A DNA stretch of 32,000 nt from Moraxella nasovis (lineage in GTDB: Bacteria; Pseudomonadota; Gammaproteobacteria; Pseudomonadales; Moraxellaceae). The DNA lies in NCBI RefSeq assembly GCF_022701215.1, contig NZ_CP089976.1, forward strand, positions 1,530,001-1,562,000, read 5' to 3'. Both the position numbers and the translations under genes were made by a program. This document shows, one piece after another, positions 8,558 to 19,038 of this stretch (positions are counted from its first letter, which is position 1; each line of letters opens with the position of its first letter). Under the pieces are notes generated by a model. That model saw only the letters and a program-made list of their open reading frames with translations. It did not search any database and had not been told where the DNA came from.

Positions 8558-10783
8558 ATGAGCACACCAAAACAATTAGATACTCGCAGCATTGCTGAAT
8601 TTACTGAGCAAGCTTATTTAAACTATGCCATGTATGTCATCATGGATCGGGCGTTACCGCACATTGCCGATGGGCTAAAACCTGTCCAAAGACGCATCGT
8701 CTATGCCATGAGTGAGCTTGGCTTACGTCATACCGCTAAGCCCAAAAAATCTGCTCGCACGGTTGGTGATGTGCTGGGTAAGTACCACCCACATGGCGAT
8801 AGTGCGTGCTATGAAGCGATGGTGCTGATGGCCCAGCCTTTTAGTTATCGCTATCCGCTCATCACAGGTCAGGGCAACTGGGGCAGTCCAGATGATCCGA
8901 AGTCATTTGCTGCCATGCGATACACCGAAGCGAAGATGAGTAATTATGCCAATACGTTATTATCTGAGCTTGAGCAGGGTACGGTAGATTGGCAAGATAA
9001 CTTTGATGGCACGCTAACAGAGCCAGTAACATTGCCTGCCCGCTTGCCAAATATTTTACTAAACGGAACGACAGGCATTGCCGTCGGTATGGCAACCGAC
9101 ATTCCACCGCACAACCTAAACGAAGTCGTTAAGGCGTGTATTCGCCTACTCAAAAATCCCGATTTATCTGTCAAGCAGCTTGCTACCACCATTCTTGCTC
9201 CAGACCTACCTACTCGTGCTGAAATCATCACACCTAAGCATGAGCTTGTCGCTATGTATGAGTCTGGTAGGGGTAGCTATAAAATGCGTGCCACTTATCA
9301 CCTTGATCCAAATGATAAAAATACCATCATTATTGACGCTTTACCTTATCAAGTGTCTGGTAATAAGCTAATTGAGCAGATTGCCAAGCTTATGAATGAT
9401 AAAAAGCTACCTTGGGTGGTGGATATCAACGATGAGTCTGATCATGAGAATGCGTGCCGTATCGTCATTGAGCTTAAAAAAGGCAAGCACGACATCGATA
9501 AAATCATGGGGCATCTATTTGCCAGTACCGATCTTGAGAGCAGTTATCGTGTCAATATGAATATGATTGGGCTAAATGGCAAGCCTCAGGTCAAGAATAT
9601 TAAGCAGATTTTATCCGAATGGCTAAGCTGTCGCCGTAGTGTAATAACTCGCCGTCTGCAGCATCGACTAGATAGGATTAACAAGCGTCTGCATATTTTG
9701 GCAGGTTTGCTCATCGCCTATCTAAATATTGATGAAGTCATTCATATTATCCGAACCGAAGATGATCCTAAGCTTGAGCTGATGAGTCGTTTTGGACTGA
9801 CGGATATCCAAGCTGATGCCATTTTAGACATTAAATTACGCCAGCTTGCCAAGCTTGAAGAGATTGAGCTAAATGCTGAGCGTGATCGCCTAGAAGCTGA
9901 GCGTGATGAGCTGTTAGGTTGTCTTAATGATGCTGATAAGCTGACTGCTCTTATGATTGATGAGCTGACTGCTGACATGAAGACCCATGGTGATAGCAGA
10001 ATGTCGCCTGTGGTTGAGCGTGATGAAGCGGTAGTGATTAAGCCAAGTGATCTAATCCCAAGCGAGCCTGTTACTGTGATACTGTCAAAGGCAGGCTGGA
10101 TTCGCGCCGCCAAAGGTCATGGCGTAGATGTTGCCAAAATGAACTATCGCTCTGGCGATGATTATCAAGCTCATGCCCTTGGCAAGACCAACCAAAAGCT
10201 GATTTTATTAGACAGTACAGGGCGTAGCTATGCGGTAGATACATTAAGCTTACCGTCTGCTCGTGGACAAGGCGACCCTGTAACGAGTATGCTTAGCTTG
10301 TCTGATGGAGCGAGTATCGAGCAGGTGTTATTTGGCGATAAAAACGATAAAATATTATTGGCAAGCACCGCAGGTTATGGGTTTATCGGTGAGTTTGGTA
10401 ATCTAGAAACCAACCAAAAAGCAGGTAAATCCATCATTAATCTTGCTTGTGCAAATTTATTACCGATCAGTCAGGCTTTACCAGCACACAGTATGGTGGC
10501 TGCTGTGACGAATGCAGGTTATTTATTGGTGTTTGATTTAGCAGAGCTGCCAACCCTTGCTAAGGGCAAGGGTAATAAAATCATCACCCTAAAAAATGAT
10601 GAAAGTCTAACCCATGTGATAACATTTGCTGTAGATGATAGCCTTGTTATCACAGCTGGTAAACGCACACTTACCTTAAAGCCTGCCGATATTACCAACT
10701 ATCACGGTAAGCGAGCAGGGCGTGGGGCTAAGCTACCCAAGGGCTTTGGTAATGTGACTAAGCTTGATATCGCCCAACAGTAG
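8558..10783 (+). CDS. parC: DNA topoisomerase IV subunit A
   Basis: 741 aa with [28 protein letters not shown] and AAMRYTE (active-site Tyr region). The length and C-terminal domain fit ParC rather than GyrA. Confidence 0.9.
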   Translation: MSTPKQLDTRSIAEFTEQAYLNYAMYVIMDRALPHIADGLKPVQRRIVYAMSELGLRHTAKPKKSARTVGDVLGKYHPHGDSACYEAMVLMAQPFSYRYPLITGQGNWGSPDDPKSFAAMRYTEAKMSNYANTLLSELEQGTVDWQDNFDGTLTEPVTLPARLPNILLNGTTGIAVGMATDIPPHNLNEVVKACIRLLKNPDLSVKQLATTILAPDLPTRAEIITPKHELVAMYESGRGSYKMRATYHLDPNDKNTIIIDALPYQVSGNKLIEQIAKLMNDKKLPWVVDINDESDHENACRIVIELKKGKHDIDKIMGHLFASTDLESSYRVNMNMIGLNGKPQVKNIKQILSEWLSCRRSVITRRLQHRLDRINKRLHILAGLLIAYLNIDEVIHIIRTEDDPKLELMSRFGLTDIQADAILDIKLRQLAKLEEIELNAERDRLEAERDELLGCLNDADKLTALMIDELTADMKTHGDSRMSPVVERDEAVVIKPSDLIPSEPVTVILSKAGWIRAAKGHGVDVAKMNYRSGDDYQAHALGKTNQKLILLDSTGRSYAVDTLSLPSARGQGDPVTSMLSLSDGASIEQVLFGDKNDKILLASTAGYGFIGEFGNLETNQKAGKSIINLACANLLPISQALPAHSMVAAVTNAGYLLVFDLAELPTLAKGKGNKIITLKNDESLTHVITFAVDDSLVITAGKRTLTLKPADITNYHGKRAGRGAKLPKGFGNVTKLDIAQQ

Positions 10784-10805
10784 TCGGTAATTGAATAATA
10801 ATACC

Positions 10806-10835
10806 AAAAAAAACCTTGTCGTTTGACAAGGTTTT
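10806..10835. terminator. Bidirectional rho-independent terminator (parC / purH)
   Basis: A8, then CCTTGTC GTTT GACAAGG, then T4, between convergent genes. Confidence 0.7.
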
Positions 10836-10856
10836 AATGTTAGCTTGGTATCTAAA

Positions 10857-12449
10857 CTAGTGTCTAAAATGACGCATACCTGTAAACACCATGGCAATGC
10901 CATGCTCGTCAGCGGCAGCGATGGTTTCTTCATCACGCATAGAGCCACCTGGTTGGATAATGCACTTAATGCCAGCTTTGGCAGCATTATCAATGCCATC
11001 ACGGAACGGGAAAAATGCGTCCGACGCCATGACTGCACCTTCTACCACAAGCCCTGCATGTTCTGCCTTAATGCCTGCAATGCGAGCAGAGTTCACACGA
11101 CTCATCTGTCCTGCACCGATACCGACAGTTTGGCGATTTTTGGCATAGACGATGGCGTTGGATTTAACGTATTTGGCAACTTTCCACGCAAAAATCAAGT
11201 CATCAAGCTCGCTGTCTGTTGGAGCGATTTTGGTAACCACTTTTAAGTCGTCTTTATTAATCATGCCTAAATCTTGGTCTTGGACGAGCAGTCCGCCATT
11301 GACACGCTTGTAGTCTAATTGGGCATGACGGTTATCAATGCTTGGTAATTCACCACAGACCAGCACTCGCACGTTTTTCTTTTTGGCGGTAATCTCAAGC
11401 ACGCCTTCTGCAATGCTTGGAGCGATGATGACTTCTACAAATTGACGCTCACAGATGGCAGTGGCGGTAGCGACATCAAGCGTGCGGTTAAAGGCGATGA
11501 TACCACCAAAGGCAGACTCAGGATCGGTAGCGTATGCTAGATTATAAGCATCTAAAATGCCATCGGTTGAGACCGCCACACCACAAGGGTTGGCGTGTTT
11601 GACGATCACGCAGGCAGGTTTGGCAAAAGATTTTACGCACTCTAAAGCAGCGTCTGTATCGGCAATGTTGTTATAAGACAGCTCTTTGCCTTGTAGTTGT
11701 TTGGCGGTGGCAACAGATGCTTCTTTGGCTTCATTTTCTACATAGAATGCCGCCTTTTGGTGTGGATTTTCACCATAACGTAACTCTTGGGCTTTGTGTA
11801 GCTGCACGTTAAAGGTGCGAGCAAAGTCGGCAGTTGGTGTGCTGTCATCTGATGGATTAGTTAGCGTGTCGTTTAACCTTGCCCCAAAAAACTGGGCGAT
11901 CATGCCATCATAGCTTGCAGTATGCTCAAAAGCCTTAACCGCCAAATCAAAGCGGGTAGCGTAAGTGGTTTCGCCATTTTGGGTAATCTCAGCAAGCACA
12001 CGCTCATAATCATCGCTATTTGTGATGATGGTAACGTGGGCGTGGTTTTTGGCGGCACTTCGCACCATCGCAGGCCCGCCAATATCGATATTTTCAATGG
12101 CATCAGACATTTTAACATCAGACTTGGCAACTGTCTGGGCAAAGGGGTATAAGTTTACTGCCACCACATCAATGCGGTCAATGCCATGCTCACTCATAAT
12201 CTCATCATCAACGCCACGGCGACCTAAGATGCCACCATGAATTTTGGGGTGTAAGGTCTTTACACGTCCGTCCATCATCTCGCTAAAGCCTGTGTGGGCA
12301 GAGACTTCGGTGGCGTTTATGCCATTGTCTTTGAGTAATTTAAACGTGCCACCTGTGGATAAAATGCCAAAGCCATTGGATTGTAAGCCTCTGGCAAATT
12401 CTACAATGCCTGACTTGTCAGAGACCGAAAGTAGTGCAAATTTTTTCAT
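10857..12449 (-). CDS. purH: Bifunctional AICAR transformylase / IMP cyclohydrolase
   Basis: [30 protein letters not shown], and C-terminal FTGMRHFRH. The ATG at 12449 is preceded by GGGGTGATC; the track start is a GTG. Confidence 0.92.
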   Translation of the reverse strand: MKKFALLSVSDKSGIVEFARGLQSNGFGILSTGGTFKLLKDNGINATEVSAHTGFSEMMDGRVKTLHPKIHGGILGRRGVDDEIMSEHGIDRIDVVAVNLYPFAQTVAKSDVKMSDAIENIDIGGPAMVRSAAKNHAHVTIITNSDDYERVLAEITQNGETTYATRFDLAVKAFEHTASYDGMIAQFFGARLNDTLTNPSDDSTPTADFARTFNVQLHKAQELRYGENPHQKAAFYVENEAKEASVATAKQLQGKELSYNNIADTDAALECVKSFAKPACVIVKHANPCGVAVSTDGILDAYNLAYATDPESAFGGIIAFNRTLDVATATAICERQFVEVIIAPSIAEGVLEITAKKKNVRVLVCGELPSIDNRHAQLDYKRVNGGLLVQDQDLGMINKDDLKVVTKIAPTDSELDDLIFAWKVAKYVKSNAIVYAKNRQTVGIGAGQMSRVNSARIAGIKAEHAGLVVEGAVMASDAFFPFRDGIDNAAKAGIKCIIQPGGSMRDEETIAAADEHGIAMVFTGMRHFRH

Positions 12450-12605
12450 GATCACCCCTGTTGGATCAATGGATTAAGATTAACTAAAGTTTTATGAACT
12501 AAAATTTTAAATGTTAAAAAATGTAAATAATAACAGCAAATGCGTTATTTATAAAGCCATCAAAGTAAATAGTTAAGCTTAGGTATGCTGTTATTTGGTG
12601 TCAAG

Positions 12606-13532
12606 TTAGCCTATGCGCGTACCTGATAACCTATGCCAATGGTGATCTTCTTTATCTGCATAATTATGCGGTGTATCCATTGTAAAATAAGGCGTATACG
12701 CTTCTAACACTTCATCTATCTGGCTTGTGATCAGCCCTGCTAATACGATTTTACCATCTGTTTTGATGAGTTTGGCAAAATAAGGAGCAAAGCCGATTAA
12801 GGGCTTGGCAAGAATGTTTGCGGTGATGGTGTCTGCAAGTATGCCAGTTTTGGCTTGGTGCTTGGCAAATTCTTCTGGCAAAAAAACCTGGATCTTATCT
12901 GCCACGCCATTAAGCTTGGCGTTTTGGGTGGTGGCAAGCACCGCTTGGGGGTCGATGTCTACAGCAAGCACCTGTTTTGCCCCAAGCAGTAGAGCTGCCA
13001 CGCCTAAGATACCAGAGCCACAGCCATAGTCGATAACAGTTTTATCAGTTAAATCTTGTTTGGACAGCCAGTCAAGGCATAAGCGAGTGGTGGCGTGATA
13101 GCCTGTGCCAAAGGCAAGACCGGGATCTAAGATGAGATTGGTGGCGTTCGGCTCTGGAGCGTCAAGCCACTCTGGGACAATCCATAGATTGCCAGCACAC
13201 TTGATGGGCTTATAATAAGTCATCCATTCTTTGGTCCAGTCCTTATCGTCAAGGCGAGTCGTCCAATGGCGTTCAGCATCAACCTTAGCGGCAATCTCAT
13301 TGGCAAGACCCTCAAAGTCTGTACCATCAAAACTGTCATCACTATTGGTGTCAAAAATCGCTGTTACCACAACATTACCCCAAAGTGGCTCTTCATTTGG
13401 CATGGGTTCAAACAGTGGTTCATCGCCTGCATCTTCAAGCAAGATGGATACGGCTCCTAAGTCATAAAATAGGGCTTCGGCAAGTTCGACTTTATCTTTT
13501 TGGCATTGTAAATGCAGCTGTTGCCATGACAT
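12606..13532 (-). CDS. prmA: Ribosomal protein L11 methyltransferase
   Basis: LDPGLAFGTGYHATTRLCL and VIDYGCGSGILG SAM-binding motifs, with typical length. Confidence 0.88.
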   Translation of the reverse strand: MSWQQLHLQCQKDKVELAEALFYDLGAVSILLEDAGDEPLFEPMPNEEPLWGNVVVTAIFDTNSDDSFDGTDFEGLANEIAAKVDAERHWTTRLDDKDWTKEWMTYYKPIKCAGNLWIVPEWLDAPEPNATNLILDPGLAFGTGYHATTRLCLDWLSKQDLTDKTVIDYGCGSGILGVAALLLGAKQVLAVDIDPQAVLATTQNAKLNGVADKIQVFLPEEFAKHQAKTGILADTITANILAKPLIGFAPYFAKLIKTDGKIVLAGLITSQIDEVLEAYTPYFTMDTPHNYADKEDHHWHRLSGTRIG

Positions 13533-13668
13533 GATGAAAATTCCTAAAGGTTGATTGTGTGGGTATATTATAGCAAGTTTTGGTTTTTTAGGGTGAATTG
13601 TGTTTTATGTTGTCACACCATACACTCTGTCACATACACCCTACTAAAGGGTAGGGCGTATGGGCTGA

Positions 13669-16074
13669 CTACCAGTTCGTATAATCTGTTTGGCGGTCGT
13701 TTAGGTTATCGCTAGGCAGTCGGTTTATATCGCCATCTTGCCAAACGTCTATGCCGTCTTGATAAAAGCCATCTTGGTAGCTGTTATATTGGTCATCATA
13801 AAACTCGGCTTGTGCCTCTTCGTATTGACGATAGGCGGTACATTCATCCACTTCATCTGGGCTAAACTGTGCATTAATCGGTAGGTAAGCGGCGTTTGGA
13901 CAGCCTTCGCTTGACAGTCGTCCTGTGCCAAGCTCAAGCCACGCCCAAGTAATGTCGTTAGGCTTGGGTAGCTCAACAGGGGTAAGATTAAGCTTACGCA
14001 TATATGCTATCCAGATGGGCAATGCACCTGTCCCGCCTGTTAGTCCGATGGGCTTATTATCATCACGTCCCACCCACACCACAGAGACATAGTTGCCAGA
14101 ATAGCCTGCAAACCAAGCATCTTTATTATCATTGGTCGTGCCTGTCTTACCTGCTAGATGTAAGGACGGATTAAAATTAGCTGCTTTTGCAGTGCCACTT
14201 GTGATGACAGATTGCATGGCGTGATTAGTGAGATAGGCTGCCTCAGGGGATAGCCGAGTTTGGTTGCGTGTGTCATGACGCTGAAGCACTCTGCCTTGCT
14301 CATCTGTCACGCTGATGATGGTGTGTAAAGGAGCAAACTTCCCACCAGTAGAGAAAACTTGATACACGCCAAGCATCTGATAAGGCGATAGATCAACTGC
14401 TCCAAGTAGAGCAGATGGATAGGCAGATACTTGATCTTGGTTAATGCCAAGCTGTGCCATTTGACGGCGAAATGTATCCATGCCAAATTGCATGCCGACA
14501 TTGACCGCAGCTTGGTTATAGGATTTTGATAAAGCGGTGATAAGTGGTACGGTGCCGTGCGATGTGCCATCATAGTTTTTTGGTGTCCAGCTGGCATCGC
14601 CAATGCGATAGGTGACAGAGTCGTCACTTACGCCGCTTGCTAGATTATATGCACCTGACTGTAAGGCACTTAGATAGATGACAGGCTTTAATAACGAGCC
14701 GACTTGTCGCTTAGCATCAATCGCACGGTTAAATCCTGTAAACTCGCCACCACTGCCCACGATAGCAACAATCTGCCCTGTGGTGGTCTCAGCACTGATA
14801 ATAGCTCCTTGTAGTTTGCTTTTATTGCCGCCTTGACGTTTTAACTTGACAAGCTCATCTGTCATGGCTTTATCGGCCGCCATTTGGGCGAGTGGGTCTA
14901 AGGTTGAGATAATACTTAATCCAGCATTTTGTAGATCTTCTTCACGGTAGTAGCTTCTAAGCTCACGCTTGATGGCGTCCATAAAGTCGGCAAATGAATT
15001 CTTTGAGCTCGATTTGGCGATAACATCTAAAGGCTGATTGATGGCATTTTCATAGACTTGCTGACTGATTTTGCCTGTGATGAGCATATTATGTAAGACG
15101 GTATTGCGGCGACTTTTGGCACGCTCTGGGTTTTTTTTAGGGTTATAATAACTTGGACCTCTAGCAATGCCAACAAGCAAGGCATATTGGTCTAATCTAA
15201 GCTCGCTAAGTGGTTTATTGTAATAAAATTCAGCAGCTGCCCCAAAGCCATTAATGGACTGATTGCCATTTTGACCTAAGTTAATCTCATTAAGATAGGC
15301 AAGTAAGATGTCATTTTTGGAGTAATGATAATCTAATAATAACGCCATAACCGCTTCATTTATTTTACGCTTAAGGGTGCGTTCTTGGCTTAGGTAGAAG
15401 TTTTTAACGAGCTGCTGGGTGATGGTTGAACCGCCTTGGAGTGCTTCGCCTTTGGCATTTGTGATTAAGGCACGAGCCGTACCACGCATCGATACGCCAT
15501 AATGCTGATAAAAGTTGCGATCTTCGGTGGCAATCAGTGCATCCACCAGTGCCTGTGGCGTGGTCTTTACGGTTAAAAGTTTACGATCTTCGTTATTTTG
15601 GGGGTAGATTTTATCAATCTTAATCGGCTCAAGGCGAATGATACCATCAGCGTGTGACTTACTGCTTTGGAGTTTGGCGATATAATCATCTTGGATAGTT
15701 ATGCGAATAATCTGGGGTGTCTCTGTATCGCCATCGCCATAGCGAAACCCCCGAGTGTGTATGGTAAAAGTATCACCATCTATGGTATAGCCGCCTTGTG
15801 ATTGGGTGTTTGGCGTGTAGTGTAACAGCTTTAGCCAAGTCTGAAGGTCGCTAGGCGTTAGGCTTTTGCCGATATATAGCGATAATGGACGAGAATATAC
15901 CGTAGCAGGGATATCCCACCGCCGACTTTCAAACTTGTTAATGACTGTGGTGTTTAGTGAATTGACATATAAAAATGCCACCACTATAAAAAATATAACA
16001 GCAATTAATAAAAAAAATCCACCAATTAAGCCTTGCTCATGTTTAAGTTTGGTGATGTGCATAGGGTGAGACAT
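13669..16074 (-). CDS. mrcB: Penicillin-binding protein 1B (bifunctional glycosyltransferase/transpeptidase)
   Basis: N-terminal TM helix, a UB2H-like insert, the GT51 motifs EDRNFYQHYGV and GGSTITQQLVKN, and the transpeptidase motifs SLLKP, SKSYN and KTGTT. Confidence 0.88.
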   Translation of the reverse strand: MSHPMHITKLKHEQGLIGGFFLLIAVIFFIVVAFLYVNSLNTTVINKFESRRWDIPATVYSRPLSLYIGKSLTPSDLQTWLKLLHYTPNTQSQGGYTIDGDTFTIHTRGFRYGDGDTETPQIIRITIQDDYIAKLQSSKSHADGIIRLEPIKIDKIYPQNNEDRKLLTVKTTPQALVDALIATEDRNFYQHYGVSMRGTARALITNAKGEALQGGSTITQQLVKNFYLSQERTLKRKINEAVMALLLDYHYSKNDILLAYLNEINLGQNGNQSINGFGAAAEFYYNKPLSELRLDQYALLVGIARGPSYYNPKKNPERAKSRRNTVLHNMLITGKISQQVYENAINQPLDVIAKSSSKNSFADFMDAIKRELRSYYREEDLQNAGLSIISTLDPLAQMAADKAMTDELVKLKRQGGNKSKLQGAIISAETTTGQIVAIVGSGGEFTGFNRAIDAKRQVGSLLKPVIYLSALQSGAYNLASGVSDDSVTYRIGDASWTPKNYDGTSHGTVPLITALSKSYNQAAVNVGMQFGMDTFRRQMAQLGINQDQVSAYPSALLGAVDLSPYQMLGVYQVFSTGGKFAPLHTIISVTDEQGRVLQRHDTRNQTRLSPEAAYLTNHAMQSVITSGTAKAANFNPSLHLAGKTGTTNDNKDAWFAGYSGNYVSVVWVGRDDNKPIGLTGGTGALPIWIAYMRKLNLTPVELPKPNDITWAWLELGTGRLSSEGCPNAAYLPINAQFSPDEVDECTAYRQYEEAQAEFYDDQYNSYQDGFYQDGIDVWQDGDINRLPSDNLNDRQTDYTNW

Positions 16075-16183
16075 GGTCTTTCTCGTTATTATCTTATCTT
16101 AAATGATAGCGAATTTTTAGCCATTGGCAAGTAAAAATTTATCCTTTTTATATTTCACACCGCCCATGCTCTAAGATATTTCG

Positions 16184-16192
16184 TGATATAAT
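16184..16192 (+). promoter_or_regulatory. Candidate extended -10 promoter for the ccoI-type ATPase gene
   Basis: TGATATAAT matches TGnTATAAT exactly, 21 nt upstream of the first ATG. There is no good -35. Confidence 0.4.
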
Positions 16193-16212
16193 AACAACAT
16201 ACATACCGTCTA

Positions 16213-18810
16213 ATGTTTTTTATTATGACAAACCACCCTAACACGCCTGCTGATGACACCATGCAAGATTCGCTGCTGTTGCCACCTGAAGGCAGCTGTT
16301 TTCACTGTGGCGAGACTCTCCCAAAAGAGCCGTTTTTTACGACCATCTTTGATGAAGCACGTCCGATGTGCTGTCTTGGGTGTAAGCTGGCATCACAGAG
16401 TATCGTAGAATCAGGGCTGTCGCAGTATTATTTAGATCGTAGGCAGATTAGCCCTACGGCAAGCTTGCCAAATGAGATGAATTTTGATGCGTATAATCAT
16501 GACGATATTCGATCACAGTTCGTATATCGTGAAGATGGGGTAGATGTCGCTGAGTTGTCGGTTGTGGGGCTAAAATGTACCGCTTGCACTTGGCTTATTG
16601 AATCTCGGTTGCACGCCATGCAAGGCGTGCGTGCGTGCCATGTGAATCTAACACAGCTACGCATGACTGTCAGCTGGCAAGATGATAAGTGCAGTATCGG
16701 TGAGATTTTAAGGGCGATTCATGCGGTCGGCTACGACGCTAAGCCTTATCGCCAAGATACACATGAAGCCATGCTAAAACGCCAAAACAAGCAAATGCTG
16801 ATTCGTCTTGGTGTGGCGGCGATGGGTGCGATGCAAGCGATGATGTTCTCCATTGGCATGTACTTTGGGGCGTATTCAGGGATTTTAACAGAGCATCGAG
16901 ACTTTCTTCGTTTGGTGGCGTTACTTGTGACCATACCTGTCATTTTTTATTCAGGTGTTCCATTTTTTACTTCTGCTTATCGTGCTATGAAGGCTCGGCA
17001 GGTGAATATGGATGTGCCAGTATCGATTGCGTTATTGACGACGTTTCTTGCCAGTCTGTATGCGACCATCACGCACTCTGGTGAGACGTATTTTGACTCA
17101 GTGTCCATGTTTGTCTTTTTCTTATTAGCAGGGCGATATATTGAACAAAACGCTCGCCTAAAAGCGGCAAATATGGCAAAAGACATGGTCGTTATTGAGC
17201 CTATGCTTGTGCGTAAGCTTGGCGTAGATAGTGATTTAGTGGCGTTATATGCCAAAGGCAAGCTAAGTGCAGACGTGATACAAGGCTGGCAAAATAAGCA
17301 TGATTTGGCAAATTTGCCTGATGATTTGCCAAAGGTTCTAGCCCAGTCGGTGCAGGTGGGCGATGTGGTGTGCATTGAAGCGGGCGATGAAATTGTCGCT
17401 GATGGTGTGCTGCTGTCTGATACAGCTACCGTATCACAAAGCCTACTGACGGGCGAGAGTGATTTAATCGTCAAGTCGTGTGGGGATATGGTAGCAGGCG
17501 GTAGCCAAAATGATGCCCAACCGTTCGTGATGCTGGTAACCGCTAAGGTGGACGATAGCCAGATGGCACTCATCGATCGACTGATGAATCGTGCGATGAG
17601 CGAAAAGCCAAAGATTGCTATCCAAGCTGATAAAATGGCTCGCTGGTTCGTGGCTCGTGTGCTGGTATTGTCTGCCTTGGTGTTTGCTGTGTGGTGGTTT
17701 GTGGATCGGTCGCAGGCACTTTGGGCGACGGTGGCGGTGCTTGTGGCGACTTGCCCATGTGCCTTAAGTCTTGCCACGCCGATAGCGTTGACGGTTGCTA
17801 CCAATCGCTTGGCTTTTTTTGGGTTTTTGGCAACTCGGGGTCATACGGTGCAGACTTTATCTGAAGTGAGTGTGGCGTGCTTTGATAAGACAGGAACGCT
17901 TACCACAGGACTTGCCAATCTGCTATCTACTCAGACGGACGGCATGGCAGACGAAGATGCCTTAAAGATTGCTGCCGCTCTTGAGATAGGTTCAAAGCAC
18001 CCTGTGGCAAAAGCACTTTTGACATCGGCACATGGATTGCACTTGCCTAATGTCGTAGATGTTCAGCACCATACAGCAGGCGGGGTCTCTGGCGTGGTTG
18101 ATGGCGTGCTGTACCGTATCGGACATTTAGCATTTACTTTAGATGATGATAGGGCGACCAATGATGATTTAGATGCCTTATTACAAGAAGACTTAGCTTA
18201 TCATCGTGCCAATACATCTGTACTGCTCTCGGCATATCGTGGTGGTGCGTGGCAAGTGGTGGCACGTTTTTATTTTAATGATACGCTTAGAGTAGACGCC
18301 AAGCAGACAATAGACGCACTTAGACAGCGTGGCATTACACCCATCATGCTAACAGGCGACCCAAATCCGAACGCTTTTGCCATCGCCACATCGCTTGGTA
18401 TTGAGCAGGCGTACTTTGGGCTATCTCCTAAGGATAAAGTAGATCACATTAAGCGACTTCAGGCGCAAGGCTATACTGTCTTAATGGTGGGCGATGGCAT
18501 TAATGACGCTCCTGTCTTAGCGGCAGCGAACGTCTCTACTGCGATGGCAGGGGCAGCAGACCTTGCCCAAGTGTCTGCTGATAGCGTTTTATTAAGTGGT
18601 AAGTTATCAGCCATTTGGCGTGCCGTTACCTTATCTGCCAAGGCACATAATATTATCCGCCAAAACTTACGATGGGCAGTAACTTATAATGTCGCCATAC
18701 TCGTGCCAGCTGCCTTAGGCTATGTGCCACCTTGGCTTGCTGCCATTGGAATGTCGCTATCAAGCCTTGTGGTGGTGGCAAATGCCATGCGTATTGGGCG
18801 AATGGGGTAG
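16213..18810 (+). CDS. ccoI: Copper-translocating P1B-type ATPase, CcoI/FixI type
   Basis: N-terminal CFHCGETLP...CCLGC cysteine domain typical of FixI/CcoI, an HMA-like domain, and the CPC, DKTGTLT and GDGINDAP motifs. The start could be 16213 or 16225. Confidence 0.8.
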   Translation: MFFIMTNHPNTPADDTMQDSLLLPPEGSCFHCGETLPKEPFFTTIFDEARPMCCLGCKLASQSIVESGLSQYYLDRRQISPTASLPNEMNFDAYNHDDIRSQFVYREDGVDVAELSVVGLKCTACTWLIESRLHAMQGVRACHVNLTQLRMTVSWQDDKCSIGEILRAIHAVGYDAKPYRQDTHEAMLKRQNKQMLIRLGVAAMGAMQAMMFSIGMYFGAYSGILTEHRDFLRLVALLVTIPVIFYSGVPFFTSAYRAMKARQVNMDVPVSIALLTTFLASLYATITHSGETYFDSVSMFVFFLLAGRYIEQNARLKAANMAKDMVVIEPMLVRKLGVDSDLVALYAKGKLSADVIQGWQNKHDLANLPDDLPKVLAQSVQVGDVVCIEAGDEIVADGVLLSDTATVSQSLLTGESDLIVKSCGDMVAGGSQNDAQPFVMLVTAKVDDSQMALIDRLMNRAMSEKPKIAIQADKMARWFVARVLVLSALVFAVWWFVDRSQALWATVAVLVATCPCALSLATPIALTVATNRLAFFGFLATRGHTVQTLSEVSVACFDKTGTLTTGLANLLSTQTDGMADEDALKIAAALEIGSKHPVAKALLTSAHGLHLPNVVDVQHHTAGGVSGVVDGVLYRIGHLAFTLDDDRATNDDLDALLQEDLAYHRANTSVLLSAYRGGAWQVVARFYFNDTLRVDAKQTIDALRQRGITPIMLTGDPNPNAFAIATSLGIEQAYFGLSPKDKVDHIKRLQAQGYTVLMVGDGINDAPVLAAANVSTAMAGAADLAQVSADSVLLSGKLSAIWRAVTLSAKAHNIIRQNLRWAVTYNVAILVPAALGYVPPWLAAIGMSLSSLVVVANAMRIGRMG

Positions 18811-19038
18811 ATAAATGATGATAAATTTGTATCATAACGCTACATAAAACGCTACACAAGCCACCACAAATATTTGTTATAATGACACAAGCCAAAAAGC
18901 TAACCGCTCATCTTGCCAAGTAAGGCGATGTCGGGTAATTTTTTGGTCTTTTTATTTTATGAATATCAGTCCTGATGAATCACAAGGAATTTGAGTGATT
19001 TGTGGAATTTTGATAACCGATAACAATAAGGGGTGATT

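Noticed and set aside
12529-12595. A perfect 10-bp inverted repeat AATAACAGCA / TGCTGTTATT between prmA and purH.
   Set aside because: The arms are 47 nt apart, too large a loop for an intrinsic terminator, and the region is A+T-rich so chance matches are likely. No function can be argued from the sequence alone.
16977-17804. A 275-aa antisense ORF inside the ccoI-type ATPase gene, plus similar antisense or out-of-frame ORFs inside argB, parC, purH, prmA, htpX, mrcB, nadK and the DASS gene.
   Set aside because: The opposite or alternate frame encodes a full-length protein with strong motifs in every case. The shadow ORFs are Ala/Ser/Thr/Arg-rich low-complexity translations with no recognisable motifs.
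18815-18975. Tiny ORFs after ccoI (MMINLYHNAT and MSGNFLVFLFYEYQS) as possible ccoS.
   Set aside because: They are far shorter than CcoS (about 45-60 aa). They lack its TM-helix plus acidic-tail pattern and have no Shine-Dalgarno.
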